Made by a program: the position numbers and the translations under genes. Below the pieces are notes generated by a model, which was given only the letters and a program-made list of their open reading frames with translations, was not told where the DNA came from and searched no databases. A stretch of DNA of 29,523 nucleotides, taken from IMG/VR virus record IMGVR_UViG_3300020612_000013; one strand, written 5' to 3'. The DNA is from a virus. Below, in pieces: positions 1 to 7,149 of the stretch. How positions within the stretch are numbered: position 1 is the first letter of the stretch; each line of letters starts with the position of its first letter.

Positions 1-55
1 GACAGCCGCAGCAGGCTTACCAGTGGCAGGATCAATACCATGGAAAGCAATCAGA
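1..55. repeat. Terminal overlap, copy 1 (identical to 29469-29523). This is a circular-closure or assembly overlap, not a biological terminal repeat.
   Basis: The 55-nt string GACAGCCGCAGCAGGCTTACCAGTGGCAGGATCAATACCATGGAAAGCAATCAGA is read at both window ends. The capsid reading frame is continuous across the junction. Confidence 0.9.
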
Positions 56-417
56 TCCACGGCGCGACCAATCGAGGCGCCAAGAGCGGGAGAAATCAGA
101 TCCTGAAGCACACCCAGACGGTAATCAGCGTCAGCCCACATAAACTCGTCCGAGACACGCTGCTGAGTCACAACCTTGATAGGCTGCGCAGTAAACGCCG
201 AAACATCAACAGAAGCAGACGGCTTAACCTCGCCCTCACCAACAATCTTCGCGCGAGGAACACCGCTAAACACGGCACCCTTCACAGGGCCGAAAATAGT
301 CGGCTGCTCCGGCGACAGTTTCGCCAAAACACCAGAATCGATAGCACGGTCACGAACCGCACCAATCATAGAACCAGGAAGCTCAAGCTTCCCTGCAGAA
401 AGAAAATCGTCAGCCAT
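1..417 (-). CDS. Major capsid (head) protein, N-terminal 139 codons. It continues across the window junction into 29468-28938.
   Basis: A minus-strand ATG at 417-415 is preceded by AGGAG (reverse complement of 428-432). The frame is open to position 1 (MADDFLSAGKLELPGSMIGAVRDRAIDSG...). It joins 29468 exactly: 417 + 531 nt = 948 nt = 316 codons. The gene sits directly after the scaffold gene, as in HK97-like head modules. Confidence 0.9.
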   Translation of the reverse strand, partial: MADDFLSAGKLELPGSMIGAVRDRAIDSGVLAKLSPEQPTIFGPVKGAVFSGVPRAKIVGEGEVKPSASVDVSAFTAQPIKVVTQQRVSDEFMWADADYRLGVLQDLISPALGASIGRAVDLIAFHGIDPATGKPAAAV

Positions 418-423
418 CAGAAA

Positions 424-978
424 TCATCTCCTAGAATTATTGACAAGAGCATCCACAAACGCGACACCCTCACGTCGTTTAACATCATCCACGGGGGCAC
501 TCCCCGCAAGACGGCGCACACCCGCGCCACCACTACTATGGTCGATCAAACCCTTCAAAGCCTTAGCAGACTCCACCAGTGCTTCACGATCACCACCACT
601 CAAAAAAGCGACAGCATCACCCGAAAGGCCACACTCGGCAGCCACCTCGCGCTTCACACCCTCAAGAACAAACCCGTTGATCCTGTCTTCGAGTTCCTCA
701 TTCTTGCGGCGAAGCTCATCAATAGTAGATCCAGAATCGTCACTCGATGTACGAAGCTTCTCCAACTCGGCGAAATTACTTTTAGCACGAGACTCCCATT
801 TACGGGCCTCAGCCTTCCAATCAGTCCCAGACGATTTACCCTCGTCTTCATTCTTCAACTGATTGTCGGCTACATCCTGCCCGCCATCGTCTTTTACTGT
901 ATCAACAATGTCTCCACCCTTTCCGGGCTCAACAGCATCATTGTTGACATTCTGTTCCTCAACATTCTGATCGGCCAT
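424..978 (-). CDS. Capsid scaffolding protein
   Basis: 184-aa ORF with ATG preceded by AAGGAG. The protein is acidic and helix-prone (MADQNVEEQNV..., ELEKLRTSSDD..., ELRRKNEELEDRI) and lies immediately upstream of the capsid gene. Confidence 0.8.
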   Translation of the reverse strand: MADQNVEEQNVNNDAVEPGKGGDIVDTVKDDGGQDVADNQLKNEDEGKSSGTDWKAEARKWESRAKSNFAELEKLRTSSDDSGSTIDELRRKNEELEDRINGFVLEGVKREVAAECGLSGDAVAFLSGGDREALVESAKALKGLIDHSSGGAGVRRLAGSAPVDDVKRREGVAFVDALVNNSRR

Positions 979-1088
979 AGCCTAACCTTACACTCCTTGC
1001 GGAAAACAACACAACATTGTTGACCCCCGTGCGGGAGACAACCTTGTGCACCGATAACCGGCAGTGCACAACCGGAAACTACATCAAA

Positions 1089-1844
1089 TTATCGCATGCC
1101 ACCAACAGTACGCATAGCCTTCAAAATATTGCCAGGCGACTGCTGCAACCCGTGATCATCAACCCACTCGCGAGCCTTCTCATAAACCCGCTGATATGCG
1201 GTGTCCGCAGAGCTGGGCTCCCAAGGGCCAACAACCTCAACCACCGTACACCCACAATGATCATGATACTTCGAACCAAACGGGCGCTTACCGCCACGCT
1301 TATGACGCCGAGTATGACCAGTAGTAAGTGCCCTCTCCTTAGTCGTATAATCCGACCTCGTAGCCAACATGGCACAAAAAGCACACGGATCACCATCAGT
1401 CACCCGACGCCACGACCTGCCCTGCGCGCCAGCAGACCACTCAACCGTATCACGGCCAGCATTCATGACAGCACGATTAACACCCGCCGCCATAGCATCA
1501 ATCGTGTCATTCGCCCTATCCGGGTCACTCTCAAGAATCTTCATAGTCGAAAACGACCTAGCCAAAGCCGCCGCAGCATCAAACTCGTCATACACAATCA
1601 AACCAGGATCCACACCGTTAAGCTTCCGAAAATCTGAAACGAATTTGGCAGCCAACGACGCCGAACCATCATGGCCGGCACGCTCCAACTCCACACACAA
1701 ACGCACATACTGCGTGTCACTCATCCTGCCGGCACGCCACAAACGACCCAACTCGGCATAATAGCCCGCATACTTCCCAGCAAACCTGACCGCCTCACGC
1801 TGATACTCAGTCGCAGCAAGCCTCGACATAGCGCCCGAAGCCAT
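1089..1844 (-). CDS. Head morphogenesis protein (SPP1 gp7 / Mu F-like minor capsid protein)
   Basis: 251-aa ORF directly after the portal gene. The C-terminal part carries the Cys/His pattern DGDPCAFCAML...HDHCGC, typical of MuF-like proteins. Confidence 0.7.
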   Translation of the reverse strand: MASGAMSRLAATEYQREAVRFAGKYAGYYAELGRLWRAGRMSDTQYVRLCVELERAGHDGSASLAAKFVSDFRKLNGVDPGLIVYDEFDAAAALARSFSTMKILESDPDRANDTIDAMAAGVNRAVMNAGRDTVEWSAGAQGRSWRRVTDGDPCAFCAMLATRSDYTTKERALTTGHTRRHKRGGKRPFGSKYHDHCGCTVVEVVGPWEPSSADTAYQRVYEKAREWVDDHGLQQSPGNILKAMRTVGGMR

Positions 1845-1850
1845 CGCCTA

Positions 1851-3176
1851 TCAAACCTCGTTAGTTTGTCGGGAAATAGCCCCAGCCAGTGCCGCCAACG
1901 GGTCAGACGACTCGGCACGATGCCGCATCACAGCCTCAACCTGCACATCATCAAGCCCCAACATCTCCAACACAGTACGAGAATCCGCCGGAAGAATACC
2001 GGCACCAACCAGCTTCGTCACAGCATCCGCTGTAGCCGCCCGGGTAGGTGTTGATGCATCACGCCAACGCAAACCAACATCACCAAAAAACGCAGCCTCA
2101 TCAACACGAGAATCCAACGCTTTCGCAGCCAGGAAACCGACAGACAGCCAGCCCTGACCAAACGATGTTTGCCGCCGCTCAGCACGCTTCACAAGCCGAG
2201 ATTCCTCGGCAGCCAAAGCCTCACCCGAAGGTGGGTTAGACGTGATAAACCCGAAATAGCGTTCAGGAACCGCAGCCTCACCCGCCGTCAACTGCGCCAA
2301 CAGTCTCATCTGATCCGAATACGGTGTAGGACTATTGACAGGAAACGACCCCACATTCGGGGTATCACCATCATCATCCTTATCCACAGCCCACACAGAA
2401 GCCATCGACAGGACCCAGCCAGGCTGCGAAAACTCGTCAGCCGACACACCAGTCACCCACCTTTGCGGATAGGCGTAGAAGTCACGATTCACAGACTGCC
2501 CCAACAGTGTGCGAACAGCCTCATCAGTGTAAGCCCTAATAGACCTCGTAATCTCCGAACGGCCATCAATCCTAGAAGTACGGCGACGATTCACAACAGG
2601 CGCCAACGGAACCGCACCCAACACATTCTCGATACGGCCCGTCTCAACCCACTCACGCGAGCCCCGCCGCTCCACCTGAACAATCACATCAGGAAGCAAC
2701 AACTCCGCCTCAACAACCTCAGGATCACACGTCTGCTGCACCACAAGGCCCGCATCCAGACGAGACCCATCAGCCGAAAACCGACCAGTACAATTCTTTG
2801 GTGACTGGGGGCGAACCAGCACAGTACCATCCTCTTGGGGGATAACAGCCACAAACGACAACCCAAAAATCAGCGCATCCAAATGCACATCACACGAAGC
2901 CGTAGCAAGCCGATTCGCAGCATACACGCCATCCAGGCCGTAGCCGTCACCGTTAGTCCAGCCAAGCCAATCCAGACGCTCCTCCAAAGCATCCACAGCT
3001 ATACCAGGCCACGACACCACCGTCTGCACCCGCTGCAACTCCGGAGGAATAGCAACCCCCAAATCACGCACCCGGCTAGAGCCCTCATAGTAGCCCTCAA
3101 TACGGCAATGCCACGAAGACAACCTTTGGATACGATCAAACATGCCCTCAATCAAAGCCAACTCATCCGAGTTCAT
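1851..3176 (-). CDS. Portal protein
   Basis: 441-aa ORF. Its ATG overlaps the terminase stop as ATGA (3173-3176). Size and position between the large terminase and the MuF-like gene fit a portal. Confidence 0.85.
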   Translation of the reverse strand: MNSDELALIEGMFDRIQRLSSWHCRIEGYYEGSSRVRDLGVAIPPELQRVQTVVSWPGIAVDALEERLDWLGWTNGDGYGLDGVYAANRLATASCDVHLDALIFGLSFVAVIPQEDGTVLVRPQSPKNCTGRFSADGSRLDAGLVVQQTCDPEVVEAELLLPDVIVQVERRGSREWVETGRIENVLGAVPLAPVVNRRRTSRIDGRSEITRSIRAYTDEAVRTLLGQSVNRDFYAYPQRWVTGVSADEFSQPGWVLSMASVWAVDKDDDGDTPNVGSFPVNSPTPYSDQMRLLAQLTAGEAAVPERYFGFITSNPPSGEALAAEESRLVKRAERRQTSFGQGWLSVGFLAAKALDSRVDEAAFFGDVGLRWRDASTPTRAATADAVTKLVGAGILPADSRTVLEMLGLDDVQVEAVMRHRAESSDPLAALAGAISRQTNEV

Positions 3177-4684
3177 ACCACAGACACCCGCTTCCTACCA
3201 GACCGTTCACGCCGCCTAGCCTTCGCCATCTTCGCACCAAGATACGCCAAAGACACAGCCTCCAAAGGAACCTCAGACCCATCCTTAAACGAGGAACCCC
3301 AGCCCCACGCCGAACCCTTACGCTTCTGCACAGCCGACCTCACAGCAATATCCAACATGTCACGGCGAGAATCAGCACGAGGATGAGAAACATTCCCAGA
3401 CCTGACACCTTCCAGGAACGCTTGACACGCCTCCACATACACCCCAGTATCCGCAACAACCACGCCCCGACCCGGAACACCACGATCCGTCAACGCCTTC
3501 TGCAACAACACCGCACCAGACCCGGCAACCATGATCCGCTCAGTGTCACCCCAACGAACCGCCAACCAGTCAGCCAACCGGCCCACACCATCAACAATCG
3601 TTCCCGACAGCCCATCAATCACCTCAACATGAACACCAGCATCAGTCTTGCCGGCACCCGCCAAAGCAACCCGATCCCCAGAACGAGAAAACGAGACACC
3701 AAACACTTTCCCGCCAACCAGACTCGCCTCATCCACCGCAGACTGAGCCCACTTATCCGCAGGAACCACCGACGCAGCAGACTGGCCACGATCCCACCAG
3801 CCAAGCCGCTCCCTCGCAAAACCGGCCGCAGACATCGACTCATGCTCATCGCTTACGGTCCCAAAATTCAGGCGACGCCCCAACGCAGGATTCGTATCCC
3901 CCGCCAACTTCCGCCACTGCCGCGACACATCATCCGGAACCGTCTCGTCAGGAATCGAAAACTCCGTCCACGCAATCCTTTTGCCACCAGACAACGCCTG
4001 CCCACGAAGACGCAACACCACGCTACCGTCAGCCAACGGCCCCGGCGGAGTCCCCAAAAAAATCTGCTGAGGATCACCAGACGGGGCAGCGCTTACCGTA
4101 GGAAGCAACGCCTCCAACTGCTCATCCGACAACTCCTGAGCCTCATCACACACCAAATCATCAACCGTAAACCCGCGAGCCGAACCCCGGCTACGAGCCA
4201 CAAACTCCACCGAACCCCAACCCGGACAACCACACTTACGCTCAAACGTGGCACAATCCGGATGATGCAACACAATAGCCTCCTGACCATTCGTTGCACG
4301 AATCGACTTCACCATGCGATACAAATCAGGAAACTGCCGCTCATTCTCAAAAAACGACCTCAAACGCATAAACGCCTTACGAGCCGACTTCAGCTCGTGA
4401 GCCGTATGCAAAATACGGCGACCCTGAATAGTCGCCTTAAACAACTCCACAATCTCCAAAATAGCATTCTTGCCATTCTGGCGAGGCACAAACACCCCAC
4501 ACACACCCGAAGCAAGCCTGCCATTACCACCGACAGCAAGCCAGTCATCCAACACCTGCTGCTGCCACGGATCAGGCGTCAACCCATACGCACGACCCAA
4601 CTCACCAGCATCCCCGCCAGCAGACACCGAATACGCCGCAGCCACCCGATGACGAGGCACCTGAGACCCAACAACACCAGACAC
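3173..4684 (-). CDS. Terminase large subunit
   Basis: 503-aa ORF with a Walker A-like FVPRQNGKNAI and a Walker B-like DDLVCDEAQEL, followed by a C-terminal nuclease-sized domain. It sits downstream of the small terminase and cos. Confidence 0.9.
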   Translation of the reverse strand: MSGVVGSQVPRHRVAAAYSVSAGGDAGELGRAYGLTPDPWQQQVLDDWLAVGGNGRLASGVCGVFVPRQNGKNAILEIVELFKATIQGRRILHTAHELKSARKAFMRLRSFFENERQFPDLYRMVKSIRATNGQEAIVLHHPDCATFERKCGCPGWGSVEFVARSRGSARGFTVDDLVCDEAQELSDEQLEALLPTVSAAPSGDPQQIFLGTPPGPLADGSVVLRLRGQALSGGKRIAWTEFSIPDETVPDDVSRQWRKLAGDTNPALGRRLNFGTVSDEHESMSAAGFARERLGWWDRGQSAASVVPADKWAQSAVDEASLVGGKVFGVSFSRSGDRVALAGAGKTDAGVHVEVIDGLSGTIVDGVGRLADWLAVRWGDTERIMVAGSGAVLLQKALTDRGVPGRGVVVADTGVYVEACQAFLEGVRSGNVSHPRADSRRDMLDIAVRSAVQKRKGSAWGWGSSFKDGSEVPLEAVSLAYLGAKMAKARRRERSGRKRVSVV

Positions 4685-4688
4685 CTAA

Positions 4689-5060
4689 TCAGGCCCCCTT
4701 GCGCTTCCTATACCGGTCAATCATCGCCACCGCAGAACCCCCACCACGGCCACCAGACGCCACATCAACCGAATAACGATCCAACATGCCCATAAACGCC
4801 TTCACATGGGCACGAAGCGAAGCCACCAAATCCGCGCGACCCTCACGCCACACACAATCATGAATCACAGCCGCATCCAACAAGAACAGCCACTCCTCAT
4901 CAGACACATACTGCGCGCGACTATCCTCACCCCACACACGCCACCAACGACGCGTCTCCTCACACCAATCACGAGACCCAGGAAGCTCAGGCTGCACAAC
5001 ACTCACCACCAACACAAAAAGTCGACAAACAGACAAATCCACAAAAGGGAGGTATTTCAC
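4689..5060 (-). CDS. Terminase small subunit (start codon uncertain)
   Basis: First ORF after cos, up to 123 aa. There is no in-frame ATG until near the C-terminus, so the start must be GTG or TTG. The longest version starts at GTG 5060, only 2 nt from the physical end. Downstream GTG codons (for example in ...VVSVVQPE...) are alternatives. Confidence 0.65.
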   Translation of the reverse strand: MKYLPFVDLSVCRLFVLVVSVVQPELPGSRDWCEETRRWWRVWGEDSRAQYVSDEEWLFLLDAAVIHDCVWREGRADLVASLRAHVKAFMGMLDRYSVDVASGGRGGGSAVAMIDRYRKRKGA

Positions 5061-5061
5061 T

Positions 5062-5072
5062 AAGCCGTACGA
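5062..5072. other. cos cohesive-end sequence. AAGCCGTACGA is the reverse complement of the 11-nt 3' overhang TCGTACGGCTT.
   Basis: Exact match to the overhang I recall being reported for P. acnes phages. The adjacent reverse complement of 5051-5061 (AGTGAAATACC) matches the left-end sequence I recall for these genomes. The location between HNH and the small terminase is as expected. Confidence 0.75.
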
Positions 5073-5123
5073 GGTCTTGCATGGGTGTGCAGGGGGTGGT
5101 CCGGGTGGGGGTTGGCGGGTTTG

Positions 5124-5429
5124 TCACCATGGGATCAAGGTTTTTGTGGTTTGTTGTTGGAGTTTGATGTTTGGTTCGCTGCGATTGCCTTTGCTTCTGT
5201 TGCATGTTCTGCAGATGATTTGCCCGTTGTCGAGGGTGTTGAGTCCCCCGCGGCTGACGGGTGTGATGTGGTCGGCTTCGGGGCTGGTTGGCAGGTCATG
5301 TGTGCCCCAGGCTATCTGGGTTCCGCAGAGTGGGCAGGTGGTTTGGCCTTGCTGTTTGGCTTGGGTGATGAGTCGTTGCCGCCAGCGCCGGTGTGCGGAG
5401 GATGCGGTGCGGTTGGTGTGTGCCATCAT
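5124..5429 (-). CDS. HNH endonuclease
   Basis: 101-aa ORF with CPLCG...ADHITPVSRGGLNTLDNGQIICRTCNRSKGN, which shows the HNH His/Asn residues flanked by CxxC pairs. GGGGGA lies just upstream of the tandem ATGs. Confidence 0.9.
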   Translation of the reverse strand: MMAHTNRTASSAHRRWRQRLITQAKQQGQTTCPLCGTQIAWGTHDLPTSPEADHITPVSRGGLNTLDNGQIICRTCNRSKGNRSEPNIKLQQQTTKTLIPW

Positions 5430-5524
5430 GTCCCCCGATCACCTATGACCCCTGCGAGCCTCTCATTGCCTCTCTAGCGGCCGGGGAACTGTTGGGGGTA
5501 GGAATACTCTACCGATGCCCTGCC

Positions 5525-5536
5525 GATCGATTCTAG
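5525..5536 (-). promoter_or_regulatory. CTAGAATCGATC element, inverted copy. It contains TAGAAT and points towards HNH and cos.
   Basis: The plus strand reads GATCGATTCTAG, which is the 12-nt reverse complement of the element at 7150 and 7429. Confidence 0.35.
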
Positions 5537-5989
5537 GGACTGTTTTGTTCGTTTGAGGGGGTGTTCTGTTTGTGCCGGGGTGGTTGTTTTCTCCACTACC
5601 CCCCACAGGTATGAGAAAGATCACATCGCCCCCCAGCTGTGTCAAAAAGAAGGAGGACGCGAAAGAAAAATGGGGGTGGGTGTGTGTTCGCGTTTCAGGC
5701 TTAGCGCTTAGCGCCTAGCGGTGTAGGACACAGGCTAAGCAGGAACATCTTATAGGTTTTAAAGTCTTCTACATATAATATACACTTTAAGTCTTACCTG
5801 ATGTTAAGGGTTTAAGCGTGACACGCCGTACGCCTGAAGTGAAACACGCTAAGCTTGAAAGGGACACGGGTGTAAGAGTGTGGGGAGTGTGCGATGGGAG
5901 CTTGCGACTAGAAGCACACGAGTCACACGGTGAAAGCCCATCGGCGCTGATGATAAAGGTTCCTCTTCTCCCCTGATGAAGAAAAGAAG

Positions 5990-6400
5990 AGAAGAGAAGT
6001 AAAGAAGTTAACCTCTTAGCTCTTCTAAAACTTTTATAACTTATATAATAATATTATATTATAATACCTATAAGCTTTAAGACTTATAGGTTATCATATT
6101 AAAGTTTAAGACTGATGGTTAACTTTAAGTGTTTAAAGCTTTAAGGTTTTATAGTTACTTAAAGTATTAAAGTTTATAAGTCTTTATATTTACTTTAAGT
6201 TTTAAAGTCTTAAACACTGATGTTAAGTTTATATCCTTAAGGTGTTAGCTTTTAAGGTTTTATACTTAACTTAGGTGTTAAGGTTTATAAACTTTTAACT
6301 GTTACTGTAGTGTTAAGTTTTAAAGCTTTAAACGTTTAACTGTTAAGGTTTTATATGTACTTTAAGACTTTAAAGCTTTTATAGTAACTTAGATCCTTAA
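5990..6400. repeat. AT-rich block of degenerate short repeats (TTAAG / AAGCTTTAA / TTAAGGTTTTATA words)
   Basis: My hand count over 6001-6360 gives 83 G+C in 360 nt (about 23 %). AAGCTTTAA occurs at 6072, 6136, 6323 and 6472, with a variant at 6373. TTAAGGTTT(T)ATA occurs at 6141, 6252, 6278 and 6343. Confidence 0.85.
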
Positions 6401-6416
6401 GTACCTAAGACTGATG

Positions 6417-6437
6417 CCGAGCCCTTGAGGGGCTCGG
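6417..6437. repeat. Hairpin CCGAGCCC-TTGAG-GGGCTCGG (left copy)
   Basis: Perfect 8-bp stem with a 5-nt loop, flanked by CTGATG (6411-6416) and TGCTAAG (6438-6444). Confidence 0.8.
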
Positions 6438-6830
6438 TGCTAAGCGCTAAGCCCATCAGTGCTAAGCCTTGAAGCTTTAAAGTGTTTGGTAGACTGATGA
6501 ATGTAAGGGTGAAAGCCGCGTCAGCGGATTTCGGCCTTGCGTCCAGCTGGCTACCTGTCCAGCCTATCATATGCCACCTGGGATGAGTCAAACTGGCGGA
6601 TTTGGCTCTATAGGCGGGTTTGAGGGGTGTAAACGGGTGTTTTTGGTGGCAAAGGTCCAAAAATCAAACCTAAACTTTTCCTTAAATTTTCTTAGAGTCT
6701 TGTAACCTTTACAGGTGGTTAAGGCTGAAACCCCTAGTCAGAACAGGTTTCACTCCCGGATAGCTGTCACACCTTACCCCTGTGTCCTTTCCGAACACGC
6801 TAGGCCCATCAGTGCTGAGGGTGTTCCCTC

Positions 6831-6876
6831 AGGCTTTCGAGTACTCGTCGCTAGGGCTCCTCGTACTCGAAAGCCT
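6831..6876. repeat. Long perfect hairpin, 14-bp stem and 18-nt loop
   Basis: AGGCTTTCGAGTAC (6831-6844) is the exact reverse complement of GTACTCGAAAGCCT (6863-6876). A small GAGGG-TGTT-CCCTC hairpin abuts it at 6817-6830. Confidence 0.85.
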
Positions 6877-6939
6877 TCCCTGATGGCGTGTACCCCTTTA
6901 AGGGCTGTGCCTGATCGGCTGAGCCCGATGAGGCTGATG

Positions 6940-6960
6940 CCGAGCCCCTCAAGGGCTCGG
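6940..6960. repeat. Hairpin CCGAGCCC-CTCAA-GGGCTCGG (right copy, loop reverse-complemented)
   Basis: Same stem and same flanks (CTGATG 6934-6939, TGCTAAG 6961-6967) as 6417-6437, but the loop is the reverse complement. Confidence 0.8.
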
Positions 6961-7149
6961 TGCTAAGTCTCTAAGGTTAACTTAAGTACCTAAGACTTGA
7001 AGGCTGATGCTCCCCCCTCTTCTTTTTACCGTGTCCTTCTCCCCTCACAGTATCCAACACTGTCCACATAGCTGAGGCTTAGCTAAGCAGGATAGGGGCT
7101 GGTGATCCGCGCCTGGATGGCTGATCGTGTATTAGGCTCCTGCAGGCGT

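Noticed and set aside
1-55. The 55-bp identical ends considered as direct terminal repeats of the virion DNA.
   Set aside because: They lie in the middle of the capsid gene, and the recognised cos overhang sequence is at 5062-5072. An overlap of exactly this kind is what circular closure of an assembly produces.
5077-5477. Plus-strand ORFs of 123 and 130 aa overlapping the HNH gene.
   Set aside because: They lie antisense to an ORF with an unmistakable HNH motif. Their Gly/Trp/Cys/Val-rich composition reflects the local G+T-rich strand, and they have no RBS.
5649-5711. A strong Shine-Dalgarno-like GAAGGAGGA (5649-5657) followed by an ATG at 5670 and a 13-codon micro-ORF (MGVGVCSRFRLSA).
   Set aside because: The spacer is 13 nt, longer than optimal. 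The ORF is tiny and has no recognisable features. The purine run may simply be part of the purine-rich local sequence.
6048-6057. The palindrome ATAATATTAT, and near-palindromic flanks, in the most AT-rich stretch.
   Set aside because: A 10-bp A/T-only palindrome is not surprising in DNA of about 20 % G+C, and the symmetry breaks immediately outside the core. It is mentioned only as part of the AT-rich block.
5990-6400. The AT-rich repeat block considered as a CRISPR array or a tandem satellite.
   Set aside because: The repeat words are only 9-13 nt long, degenerate and irregularly spaced (for example 111, 26 and 65 nt between TTAAGGTTTTATA copies). There is no repeat-spacer periodicity of 28-37 nt units.
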